Shown piece after piece: positions 1-8,552 of a stretch of DNA of 39,819 nucleotides; within the stretch, counting starts at the first letter, position 1, and every line of letters starts with the position of its first letter. The position numbers were made by a program, and so were the translations under genes. The notes beneath the pieces are model-generated. The model was not told where the DNA came from and did no database searches. It saw only the letters and a list, made by a program, of their open reading frames with translations. Origin of the DNA: Planctomycetota bacterium (lineage in GTDB: Bacteria; Planctomycetota; B129-G9; JAJDCN01). The stretch spans positions 1-39,819 of the forward strand of contig JAJDCN010000339.1 of the NCBI GenBank assembly GCA_029260815.1. The letters are read 5' to 3'.

Positions 1-90
1 CGACAGGCGTGCCCTCCGGCTTGGCGAGGTAGGGGACGCACCGCAGGAGGCCGCCGGAGGGCCGAGGAGCAGCAACGGAATGCAGAGAAG

Positions 91-140
91 AGTGGTGGGC
101 GTTACTGGACTCGAACCAGTGACCCCCAGCTTGTCGAGCT
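91..140. repeat. Distal att junction: duplicated 3' half of tRNA-Val (anticodon arm to CCA, minus strand)
   Basis: AGTGGTGGGCGTTACTGGACTCGAACCAGTGACCCCCAGCTTGTCGAGCT is identical to 39652-39701; identity ends 3 bp past the anticodon loop. Confidence 0.96.
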
Positions 141-197
141 CGCCGTCAGCTATGCGAGGACCGCAAGATACTGGGGTTGGAGGGCAGCGCCGAGAGC

Positions 198-221
198 TGC
201 TTGGGCACATGCTTGTCAATC
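198..221 (+). promoter_or_regulatory. Putative integrase arm-type binding sites (12-bp tandem repeat)
   Basis: TGCTTGGGCACA-TGCTTGTCAATC, about 60 bp inside the att core; near-identical tandem at 39504-39527 and 14144-14167. Confidence 0.7.
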
Positions 222-358
222 GAAGTCTAGATCACAACACGATCCAACTCGCCGTGGATCTCCTCCAAGCCTCCGAGACGGCCGGAAACCCGAGCACGCT
301 AGTTCGTGCGGCAGCGGTGCTTCTCGTGGGGAAGCTGGGCCCGCACGACGGGGGGTAG
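209..358 (+). CDS. Small att-adjacent ORF (49 aa from ATG 209); also the in-frame C-terminal extension of the integrase in the excised circle
   Basis: MLVNRSLDHNTIQLAVDLLQASETAGNPSTLVRAAAV aligns ungapped with the ORF at 14155-14289 (14/37 identical, 10 of these with different codons). Start is uncertain. Confidence 0.5.
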   Translation: MLVNRSLDHNTIQLAVDLLQASETAGNPSTLVRAAAVLLVGKLGPHDGG

Positions 359-892
359 CTGCCGCACGCCACCGCAAGTGCATGAACTCCGGCTTGACAG
401 GCCGGAGCGCCCGCTGCGCACGTGGCGGCGGGGGCGTTGGTTGCGATCCGAGCGCGATCCGATGTTGACGTGGATTGCACTGTTCCTGAGCCCGCCACTG
501 CACGACCTCGCAGGAACGACTCCCATTAGCAGGACTTGCGACGCGCCGCGGGAAGGCCGTCAGAGTCAGGGCCAGCGCACACAGCTTCCCCGTCAGGCGA
601 CGACGCTGCACCGTGTGCCCGCCATGTTGCGTGAGGCGGCAGTGTGTCTCCATCCAGGCCGCGCGCGCCACGGCGGGCTTCACGGGTGCCTGCGTCTCGA
701 AGTCCAGCACCTTTGAGGAGATCGGCGCCTGCCCGTGCTGCGCCTGCATAGCGCGGCCTGAGTTGATTCGCGAGTCCGTCGTTGTTCGTGGGGGAGGTTC
801 GCCTTCTGCGCTGCGGAAGTTGCTCAATCGGTCCTACCCGTGCTCCGAAACGGCCGGTCAAGGTCGTGGGCCGCGACCGAGAGGACTAGCCA

Positions 893-1378
893 CTAGTCCC
901 TACGTAAGTCCGGATGGACCCACACACTGATGATGTCCTCCGGTCGCAGTTCGGCGTCTGACGGACCATGTGGCTGAAGGGCCTGCGTGAATGCGGCGAA
1001 CGACGTGTGAAGCGGGGCCAGCGCGCGATCCGCAACTTCCTCATGGTCCCAAAACAGCACGGCTCCTGTGCGAATGTCCACGCACACCAGGTTTCCACCT
1101 TCTGCTTCCGCCACGGGAAGCAACTCATCTCCGAATTCCTTTCGCATCCCCGCGCGCCTCGCAAGCATCTCCACAGATCCAAGAAACACTTGGACTCCCG
1201 AGTCGTTCTGCTGGGATGCAATCTGGAAGATGTTGCCTTCGGGCGTCGCGCCGTTGCATCGCCTCAGGAACTCGAGCAGGTCACGCGGAAGTGCGCGTCC
1301 CAGTCCTCTCTCCAGTGAGGACAGCTCCTCTCCGGTGATGCCTCGATTCTCCTTGATGAGCTTCAGTGCCATGGGCAT
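893..1378 (-). CDS. SMI1/KNR4 (SUKH) family immunity protein
   Basis: LERGLGRALPRDLLEFLRRCNG, LLPVAEAEGGNLVCVD, GAVLFWDHE and SFAAF motifs typical of SUKH; starts 3 bp after the Rhs toxin stop. Confidence 0.93.
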   Translation of the reverse strand: MPMALKLIKENRGITGEELSSLERGLGRALPRDLLEFLRRCNGATPEGNIFQIASQQNDSGVQVFLGSVEMLARRAGMRKEFGDELLPVAEAEGGNLVCVDIRTGAVLFWDHEEVADRALAPLHTSFAAFTQALQPHGPSDAELRPEDIISVWVHPDLRRD

Positions 1379-1381
1379 GCG

Positions 1382-4300
1382 CTACTTCCCCTTCAGTTTC
1401 TTTCGCTCCCGAAGAACCGCCGCGCCGCCAGTGTGTCTTGCCTCGTCGTGGATCCTCTTCGGCAGGAGGAGCATCGTCTCGCCGTCCTCGACGTGATGCC
1501 AAGTGAATCCCTCGGGCGTACATGGGAGACCCGCTGCCGCGTTGGCCTTCGCGGCATCTGTTTTGTTGCGTCCCGTAAGCCCCCGAAGCCGGACTCTCGC
1601 GCGCGCGAATGGCCGGAAGTGGGGGAACCCCTCGGAAGTGAAGTACACGCCCGACGGGTGCCGGCGCCCCGCGAACTTGTAATTGATCGGACGGCGGCCG
1701 TTCACTAGACGAAGACCGGGAGACGTTCCTGAGCCGGGAATCGTGGCGGTACGCGCACCCGCGGCAATGCTCGAGGCAGTCTTGCCATGCCGCAGCGCCT
1801 TTGCCAGCGTTACGCCTCCTCCGACGAGCTCAGCAGCTGCCGCGACCCCTCTTCCCGCCGCAGCAGCAGTGCTGAAGGTCTTGTCGTTCGTGAATAGGTG
1901 CGGTAGTAGGCCCCCGCCAGTGACTTGATCAAGCGCTCCCCATACACCTCCGCCTGCGACCTTGCCTAGCTCGGCAAGATCTCCGTCTGCCCACGCCTCT
2001 GCGGCAGTGACTGCGCTCTTCGCCGCAGCCTCCGCCGAGTGCACGGCGGCCTCTCCGGCCGCCTTCACGTAGGGAGAGGCGGCCCGTCCAAGTCTCACGT
2101 ACCCTTGGATCATCGGGTCTTCCCGAAAAGTCCTGCCGACGGACGCTTCGAAGAGGAGCCCCGGCACGTGCTTCGCCATGCTCAGGAGCTTCTTCCACCA
2201 CGGATCGTCACCATCCAATCCAAACGGATCTGTCCAGTTGGTGGGGGAGCTTGAGACGTACTGATAGAGGTTTGGCCCAGGCGCGTAGCCGAGGGGATCG
2301 CGCTGAAGGAAGCGCCCGATGGCCGCGGAGTAGTACCTCGAGCGGTAGTACTCTAGTCCGCTCTCCTCGTCGTGGAATCGACCCGTGTACATCCACGGGT
2401 TGCCGAGTGGGTCGCTCGACTGTGTCGTCGAGTTGCGCGTGATCGTCACCGAGCCGTAGGGGTCGTAGCGGTAGCTCACCACCACGGCCTCGTTCATGTC
2501 CGTGATAGCCATCACGGACCCGAGTGCGTTGCGGTGATAGAAGCTCCGCGTGGACTCCGTGGTGTTGGCGTCGGAGTCGAAGTCCAGGACATCGGCCTGC
2601 TTGAGCATCAGGACTTCGTCGATGACCTGGCCGAATACGAACTCGCGTACCAAGACGTTCGAGCCGTCGTACACGGCGACGGTCTCGTTGCCCGAGTGGA
2701 TGTAGCGCTCGACGTTGGTCTGATCGTCCTTTTCGACCCGGCGGCCCAAGGCGTCGTACTCGTACTCGGCGATCGTCGTTGAGGCCTGCTTGATGCGAAC
2801 GATCTGGTTCTTGTAGTCGTACTCGTACTTCTGGCTGCCGTCGTCCGTCAGATTGCCGTTCTTGTCGTGGACGTAGGTGTAGCTGCCTACGGCTGTGTAC
2901 TGGTTCAGGTTGTTGTCCGTGTAGGTCGTCGTCGTCGCGCTCTGGCCGTACGGCGTCACCTTCACGGAGGAGCGGTTGCCGTCGTCGTCCAGCGTGTATT
3001 CGACCTTCTTGGTGTACGAGTTGCTCGACGGCGCTGTCACGTCCGTCGAACCCACCCAGGCTGTGGTGAGGCGCCGGGCCGCGTCGTAGTCGAAGGCGTC
3101 ACCCGCTGAGCCCGCCCCGCCGAAGCGTTCGTAGAGCCGATCGTGGTTGTCGTCGTAGGCGTACTGGAGGTCCACGAGCGTCGCTGCGCCCGAAGACTGA
3201 TGATGGATGCGTTCGACCTCGCCACGGAATCCTGTGTAGCTGACGTTGGCCTTAGCTCCGTTCTGGAACGTGACGCGGTTCACGCGCGTTCCGGTGTAGT
3301 CGTACGACGCGATCGTGTTCGTGCCGTCCGTCACGGTCGAGAGGCGGTCGATGTCGTTCCACGTGCGGTCGAGATCCAGGCCCGAGGGGTAGAGCTCCGT
3401 GATCACGTTGCCGACGGCGTCGTAGGTCTTCTTCACCGTCTTCGTGTAGGCCGTGCCGCCCACATAGGACTGCTTCTCCTCGTACACGCCCGAGGACAGT
3501 CCGATCACGCCGTAGGTGAACTCAACCTTGTAGTCGTTGTCTTCCGCCTTCGTCATGCGGCCAGCGCCGTCGTACGTAAAGGTCTCGCTGGTCGTGCCGA
3601 GGAAGCCCGTCGCCCTCGTCACCGTGCGCGACGTGCGCTGGTTGTTGTCGTCGTAGACATCGTCGATGACGTTCCCAGCCGCGTCCGTAGTCTTGGTGAT
3701 GTTGTCAGCGTCGTCGTAGACGTACGTGATCTTCTCCAGGTCCGGGTACTTGAGCTCTGTCACCCGGTCCAACGCATCGAACGTGTACGTCGACGTGTTG
3801 CCCGCATCGTCCTTGTGGGTCGTCATCCGGTCGTTCTTGTCGAAGCCCCACTCGGTTACGACCGCCGAGGTGAAGTCCTCGATCGTGGTTCCCGTGGCCA
3901 GCGCCACCTCCTTCTTGGTCATTCGACCTGCGGCGTCGAACGTCCAGCGCGTCGGGTCGCCCTCCGCGTTCACTCTCCAGAGGAGGTTGCCTCTGCTGTC
4001 GTAGCCGTACTGGACTTCGAGTCTGTTGAGGCTGTCGTTGCGATCGATCTCGACGTAGCTCGTCCGGCGATTCAGTTCGTCGTAGCCGGCCTCGTACTCG
4101 TGCGTCACGGACGTCATGCCCACGACCTCTTCGATGGACCACGCCGTCGGGTTGCCGTTCTTGTCCAGCGTCCAGGTCGTCTTGTTGCCCAGCGCGTCCG
4201 TCACCTTCGTCCGGCGCCAGGCGTTGTCGTACTCGTACGTCGTATCCTTGCCTCGGGCGTTGGTGATCGTCTTCACGTGACCCGTCTTGAATCGCTCGAC

Positions 4301-6565
4301 CTCCGTTACCGCGTTCGAGTAGGTCGTGCCGGGGTCCTTGTGGACGTCGGAGATCTCCCAGAGCCGCCCGCGCTCGTCGTAGTCGTAGTTGCGCTCCTGG
4401 AGGAGTACGTCTGCGCTGTCGTAGCGGCGCAATCTCGTTACGCGCCCGTTCTTGTTGAGTGAGACTTCGGCGTAGTGGCCGATCGGGTCGGTGGCCTTCG
4501 TGCGTCGGTCGAAGAGGTCGTAGGTGTGGTCGGTGTCCTTGTCCCGGCCATTCGTCACGGTGATCAGATTGCCGTTGGCGTCGTAGGCAAACTCCGCCTC
4601 CGACGCCTCGGTCGCCGTCTCCCCGCGTGTGATCTTGCTGATGTAGTCTCGCTCATCGAAGTCCCACTTGACCTTGTTGCCTTCAGGCTTGGTGACGCGG
4701 ATGCGGTTACCACCCACGTCGTAGGCCAAGGTCGTCGTTCGTGTAGTCGAGACGTCGATCTCTTCGACGACCGTTAGGAGCTCGTCCTCGTCCGTGTACG
4801 TGAAGCTTGTCGTGATCCACGGATTGGCCGTGACCGTGTCGCCGTCCTCGTCCTTGTTCTGAATCTCGACCTTGGTCAGGTTGCCGTTGGCGTCGTACTC
4901 GTACTTCGTCTCGTCGGATAGGGGTGTGGGCGCTGTGCGCTTCGTCAGGCGCCGGAGGTTGTCCCATTGGAGGGAGGTGGCGTTGCCGCGCGCGTCCGTG
5001 ATCGACGTGATGTTGCCGGCAGAGTCGTAGGCAAACGAGGTCTCTAGGTCCAGTCCCGTCGAGTCCACCTCGATCTTCTCGAGCAGGCCCCAAGTCGAGC
5101 CGGTCGTCGCAATGTAGTGGTACTTGGTGACCTTCTCTTCCTCGTCGGTCACCTGGGTGATCTGCCCGTAGGTGTTGTAGGTGATGTCCTTGTCGGCTGT
5201 TTGCGTTGCGGGATCCGTCACCGTCGGATAGGCGATCTTCGTGACGTTGCCGTCGCTGTCTCTTGTGAAGCTTGTCTGGTCGCCCATGGGGTTCGTGTAC
5301 GTCACCATGAAGTTGCTGGTGTAGGTCCACGTGTGGACGATGTCCGATGCGTCGGTCGAGGCCGTGTCTGTCGTCTTGTGGCGCCGCTCAGTGAGGTTGT
5401 CGCTGCCGTCCCACGTGTAGTCGATGCGATTGCCGCGCGGGAACACCACGGTGACGACCTGGCCGCCAGAGTAGGTGTACTCCGTCGCGTACTTGGCGAC
5501 CGAGCTCACGTACATGTCGGTCTTCGTGATGTTGGCGCCAGTGTGATGGGCGCGGTGGATGTTGCCGTTGCGATCCGTGCGGTCGGTGCGACCGCTCACA
5601 AGCGTGTACTCAACGTCGGCGCCATCGATGGTCACCTTGTCGATCTTCGCCGTCGATCCGACCCAGGTGTACTCGTTGACCGTGTTGCCGCGCCCATCCT
5701 CGATGCTGGAGATTCGATCGGAGGCGTCGTAGGAGATCGTGGTCGTGATGCCGCTGACCTGCTGTGCGGTTGCGGGCGTGTCGATCGTCTCCAGGTTGCC
5801 GTTCGTGTCGTAGCCAAACTCCCACTTCTGACCAGAGGGGATCTCGATCTCGCTGAGGAAGCCGTCGGCGTTGTGGTCGAAGCTGAACGATCCCCCGCGT
5901 GTGTCCGTCAGGCCGGTGATCTGGTAGCTGCTGTTGTAGGTGAAGTCGAGTTCGTTGCCGTTGCGGTCGGTGTACTTGTCCGGCATGCCGTTGGCGTCGA
6001 AGAGCATCTCGGCGCCGTACTTGTCGGTCAGCTTGTAGATTCCCGAGCTAGGGGACGTCAGGGTGTGGTGCACGCTGCAGTCTTGTGTCGAGTAGTCCGT
6101 GCCGTCCCAGTCGTAGGTCACAACGAGACCAGAGGAGTCGCGCCAGTGAATCTGGTGCCCACCGTTTCCGTCGGGATCCTCGGGATCTAGCTCGTCGTAC
6201 TCGACGGTGTGTTCGAACGAGAGGATGAAGCCGTTGCCGACCTGTGTCATGCCGGATCGGTAGCTGCGCCACGAGAGGGAGATCGGGAAGTCTCCGCCGA
6301 CGCCCCGCAGGCGGCACAGGTCGTACGTGAACACGAGCTCGGTGGTGACCCAGTTCACGTTCTCGGCTGACCACAGCGCCGGCCGGGGGCACGGGGGGCA
6401 CCAGCAACCAGCACACTCCTGCTGGGGCGACGTGTTGCTCCAGAAGGGCGAGGAGTACGTGGTCGCTTCAGCGACACGGGGCGCGGGAACAAGCAGCGCG
6501 GCTACGCCCACGAGCACCGCAAGGACAACGACGAACGGACCATAGCGACGGATCTGGCGTGCCAT
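1382..6565 (-). CDS. Rhs/YD-repeat polymorphic toxin with Sec-type signal peptide and C-terminal WHH (HNH/EndoVII-fold) nuclease
   Basis: Many YD repeats; core end RFLQRDPLG...NLYQYVSSSPTNWTDPFGL; tip GFPHF...GFTWHHVED...IHDEARHTGG. Start placed at ATG 6565 (GGGAG 6 nt upstream), giving MARQIRRYGPFVVVLAVLVGVAALLVPAPRVAEA. Confidence 0.93.
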   Translation of the reverse strand: MARQIRRYGPFVVVLAVLVGVAALLVPAPRVAEATTYSSPFWSNTSPQQECAGCWCPPCPRPALWSAENVNWVTTELVFTYDLCRLRGVGGDFPISLSWRSYRSGMTQVGNGFILSFEHTVEYDELDPEDPDGNGGHQIHWRDSSGLVVTYDWDGTDYSTQDCSVHHTLTSPSSGIYKLTDKYGAEMLFDANGMPDKYTDRNGNELDFTYNSSYQITGLTDTRGGSFSFDHNADGFLSEIEIPSGQKWEFGYDTNGNLETIDTPATAQQVSGITTTISYDASDRISSIEDGRGNTVNEYTWVGSTAKIDKVTIDGADVEYTLVSGRTDRTDRNGNIHRAHHTGANITKTDMYVSSVAKYATEYTYSGGQVVTVVFPRGNRIDYTWDGSDNLTERRHKTTDTASTDASDIVHTWTYTSNFMVTYTNPMGDQTSFTRDSDGNVTKIAYPTVTDPATQTADKDITYNTYGQITQVTDEEEKVTKYHYIATTGSTWGLLEKIEVDSTGLDLETSFAYDSAGNITSITDARGNATSLQWDNLRRLTKRTAPTPLSDETKYEYDANGNLTKVEIQNKDEDGDTVTANPWITTSFTYTDEDELLTVVEEIDVSTTRTTTLAYDVGGNRIRVTKPEGNKVKWDFDERDYISKITRGETATEASEAEFAYDANGNLITVTNGRDKDTDHTYDLFDRRTKATDPIGHYAEVSLNKNGRVTRLRRYDSADVLLQERNYDYDERGRLWEISDVHKDPGTTYSNAVTEVERFKTGHVKTITNARGKDTTYEYDNAWRRTKVTDALGNKTTWTLDKNGNPTAWSIEEVVGMTSVTHEYEAGYDELNRRTSYVEIDRNDSLNRLEVQYGYDSRGNLLWRVNAEGDPTRWTFDAAGRMTKKEVALATGTTIEDFTSAVVTEWGFDKNDRMTTHKDDAGNTSTYTFDALDRVTELKYPDLEKITYVYDDADNITKTTDAAGNVIDDVYDDNNQRTSRTVTRATGFLGTTSETFTYDGAGRMTKAEDNDYKVEFTYGVIGLSSGVYEEKQSYVGGTAYTKTVKKTYDAVGNVITELYPSGLDLDRTWNDIDRLSTVTDGTNTIASYDYTGTRVNRVTFQNGAKANVSYTGFRGEVERIHHQSSGAATLVDLQYAYDDNHDRLYERFGGAGSAGDAFDYDAARRLTTAWVGSTDVTAPSSNSYTKKVEYTLDDDGNRSSVKVTPYGQSATTTTYTDNNLNQYTAVGSYTYVHDKNGNLTDDGSQKYEYDYKNQIVRIKQASTTIAEYEYDALGRRVEKDDQTNVERYIHSGNETVAVYDGSNVLVREFVFGQVIDEVLMLKQADVLDFDSDANTTESTRSFYHRNALGSVMAITDMNEAVVVSYRYDPYGSVTITRNSTTQSSDPLGNPWMYTGRFHDEESGLEYYRSRYYSAAIGRFLQRDPLGYAPGPNLYQYVSSSPTNWTDPFGLDGDDPWWKKLLSMAKHVPGLLFEASVGRTFREDPMIQGYVRLGRAASPYVKAAGEAAVHSAEAAAKSAVTAAEAWADGDLAELGKVAGGGVWGALDQVTGGGLLPHLFTNDKTFSTAAAAGRGVAAAAELVGGGVTLAKALRHGKTASSIAAGARTATIPGSGTSPGLRLVNGRRPINYKFAGRRHPSGVYFTSEGFPHFRPFARARVRLRGLTGRNKTDAAKANAAAGLPCTPEGFTWHHVEDGETMLLLPKRIHDEARHTGGAAVLRERKKLKGK

Positions 6566-6845
6566 GAGCATCTCCCTCGCGCGCCACTGGGAAGGACTCT
6601 GGGCGCGACCAATGCTCCGGTTCTGCCTGAGGTGAGGGCCCAGCTTCAATCGCCGCGTACGAATGTAATTCAAATGAAAGACACGAGTCGGCCGTCTCCA
6701 AGGGGAGTCCGGCGTCCCTGTCGAGCGGCGGCCGCACCAGGGTTTCTCCCGACGGCGGGGCGTAGCGCATGTCCGCCCAGCGTCACGCTGGTTGTCAGGC
6801 CTGCACGAGGCACTACCCTGGTTGGACCTGTCGGGGAGACACGGA

Positions 6846-7550
6846 ATGAGCGGGGAGAGGATCCTCATAATCCATCGGCGTCAGCGCGTGCGTGATCGCA
6901 TCCGGCGCTACCTGAAGGCTGCGCCCGGCGGGCTCAGCGTGAATCGCCTTTCTGATGATGAGTTGGCGCTCTCCCGTCTCCAGGTCCTTCGTCCTCACGT
7001 AGTGGTGCTTGGCTGTCGGTTCGACAGCGACGTTGATTGTTGGCGTCTCTGTCGTTCGATCCGCAGGCGCCATCCCCGACGTGAGTTGGGCATCCTCGCA
7101 GTCGTCTCCTGCCTCGAGGACGGGTACGAGTCGCGCGCTCTACTTGAGGGGGCCGATCTCTGTCTCCATGCAGAGCGCCTGAGTCGGGACGTCGTGCAGA
7201 CGAATGTGGCAGGTCTCGTGCAGCGGGTCGGTCGGCGTCGGGACCGCCGCCTGCGTCTGGGCGCCCTGACTCTTGTTTCACAAGGACGGTGGATGCGGGT
7301 GCGGGGGCGCAAGGTGCAACTCACGCCAACGCAGTTCAGCGTCCTCTGGCGCCTCGCCCAGGCTCCTGAGCGGCTCCATTCGGCGCGGGCGGTCATTGGG
7401 TACGGTGACTCTGTGCCACCGGAGAAGGCTGAGCAACTGGCGTACATCCACATCCACAGGCTCCGTAAGCGCCTCGGAGAGGACTCAGGGCTGATCAGGA
7501 GCGTGAGGGGCATTGGCTACGGCCTAGACCTCAAGTGGCAGGCTGGCTAG
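6846..7550 (+). CDS. OmpR/PhoB-family transcriptional regulator with degenerate (pseudo) receiver domain
   Basis: C-terminal wHTH LTPTQFSVLWRLA...YIHIHRLRKRL...IRSVRGIGY; receiver-like N-terminus RILII...PHVVVLG...ALLEGAD lacks the acidic pocket and phospho-Asp. Confidence 0.85.
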   Translation: MSGERILIIHRRQRVRDRIRRYLKAAPGGLSVNRLSDDELALSRLQVLRPHVVVLGCRFDSDVDCWRLCRSIRRRHPRRELGILAVVSCLEDGYESRALLEGADLCLHAERLSRDVVQTNVAGLVQRVGRRRDRRLRLGALTLVSQGRWMRVRGRKVQLTPTQFSVLWRLAQAPERLHSARAVIGYGDSVPPEKAEQLAYIHIHRLRKRLGEDSGLIRSVRGIGYGLDLKWQAG

Positions 7551-7583
7551 GTGCGATCGCGTGCTCTGTGCCTCATGCCGGCA

Positions 7584-7943
7584 CTAGTTGATGGTCGAAT
7601 CGCCGTCTTCCTTCTCGTCGTCGTTCGCGAACAGCCCGGCGCGCTCGATACGGTCCATGACGAAATCGTCGACGTCGCCAACCACCTGGAATCGGAGCTG
7701 CCCATGCTTCACGGCCACCCTGATGAGGCCGGCCATGACCAAGTGCATCACGCCGCGGGTGCTCTGGAAATCGGTCAGCCAGTCGATCGCTACGGCTTGT
7801 TCCGCCTCGGACCCGTCGGCAAGGTGTTCGAGGAATGCCCGTCGTTCGGCCTTCTCAAGCTCTGGCGTGACGGACGTGTAGGACGCGAGATTCGGGTCCA
7901 TGGCTCCTCTCGTGCATGTGTCGGAGCTGAAGCGTCCCACCAT
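7584..7943 (-). CDS. Small acidic hypothetical protein
   Basis: ATG-started ORF with protein-like composition, fills the gap convergent with the regulator; no motif recognised. Confidence 0.45.
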   Translation of the reverse strand: MVGRFSSDTCTRGAMDPNLASYTSVTPELEKAERRAFLEHLADGSEAEQAVAIDWLTDFQSTRGVMHLVMAGLIRVAVKHGQLRFQVVGDVDDFVMDRIERAGLFANDDEKEDGDSTIN

Positions 7944-8254
7944 GGCGTACTCAGCCCCTCATGCGCAACCCCCTGCCGAACGGTCTCACGGGCCTTTGCC
8001 GCTTGAGTACTTCAGCGGCGGCGCTCTCTAGGGCTCTGAGGTGAGTACGGCGACCGCTGAGGCAAGCAGCAGGAGAACCAGAACGAAGTTCCCCCCTCGA
8101 AGCGAGGCGCGGATTGTGCGCGGGTGGGGCATGTCGCGAGCATAGCACTCCTCAGAGTCCACGTGCGATGTGGCCCCTTGATGGCGCTGACAACTCGCCA
8201 TAGGCTCGGGGATGTGGAATCGCCAATCGGACGGATTGGCTGGAGGAGTGGGAC

Positions 8255-8446
8255 ATGCCGAGGGTGTTCTCTCTCGCGTCGTGGAACGTCGAGCATTTCA
8301 ATGGGAAGCGCAGGCGCACGGATCGCGTCGTGGACTTCCTCATGGACAAAGGGCTGCAGGAGTTCGATGCGTCGCACTCCCTGGCGGCGTGGCTCCGGGA
8401 CTTCGCCAGGACGGAGAAGCGGGGCGTCGCGGAGATGCTCGAGTGA
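8255..8446 (+). pseudogene. Truncated endonuclease/exonuclease/phosphatase (EEP) family gene remnant
   Basis: Strong GGAGGAG RBS; N-terminus FSLASWNVEHF matches the EEP first-strand SWNV motif, but the ORF stops at 63 aa without later catalytic motifs. Confidence 0.55.
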
Positions 8447-8552
8447 GTGCAGGGGAGCATCAAGGCCGCCGCGCCTTGCTAGCGAGCCCGGGACACTTGG
8501 GCCATGTGCTTAGCCCTAGGTGCAGACGATGACGTCGTGAGGAGAGGTGGAC

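Noticed and set aside
11-62. Inverted repeat GCCCTCCGGC...GCCGGAGGGC on the host side
   Set aside because: 10-bp stem with a 32-nt spacer and no U-tract at the window edge; could be a host element downstream of the tRNA but cannot be supported.
93-140. Second tRNA gene at the left end
   Set aside because: Only the 3' half is present; the D-arm and 5' acceptor strand are missing, so it is the att duplication.
216-827. 203-aa minus-strand ORF and other overlapping ORFs near the left end
   Set aside because: No recognisable motif, composition typical of spurious GC-rich frames.
2372-6190. Long plus-strand ORFs (e.g. 3143-4462, 5117-6190) opposite rhs
   Set aside because: Val/Arg-rich antisense shadows caused by GC codon bias of the real gene.
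6566-6868. N-terminal 101 aa of the 1828-aa Rhs ORF call
   Set aside because: Low-complexity Arg/Pro-rich translation that overlaps the divergent gene start; RBS and signal peptide favour ATG 6565.
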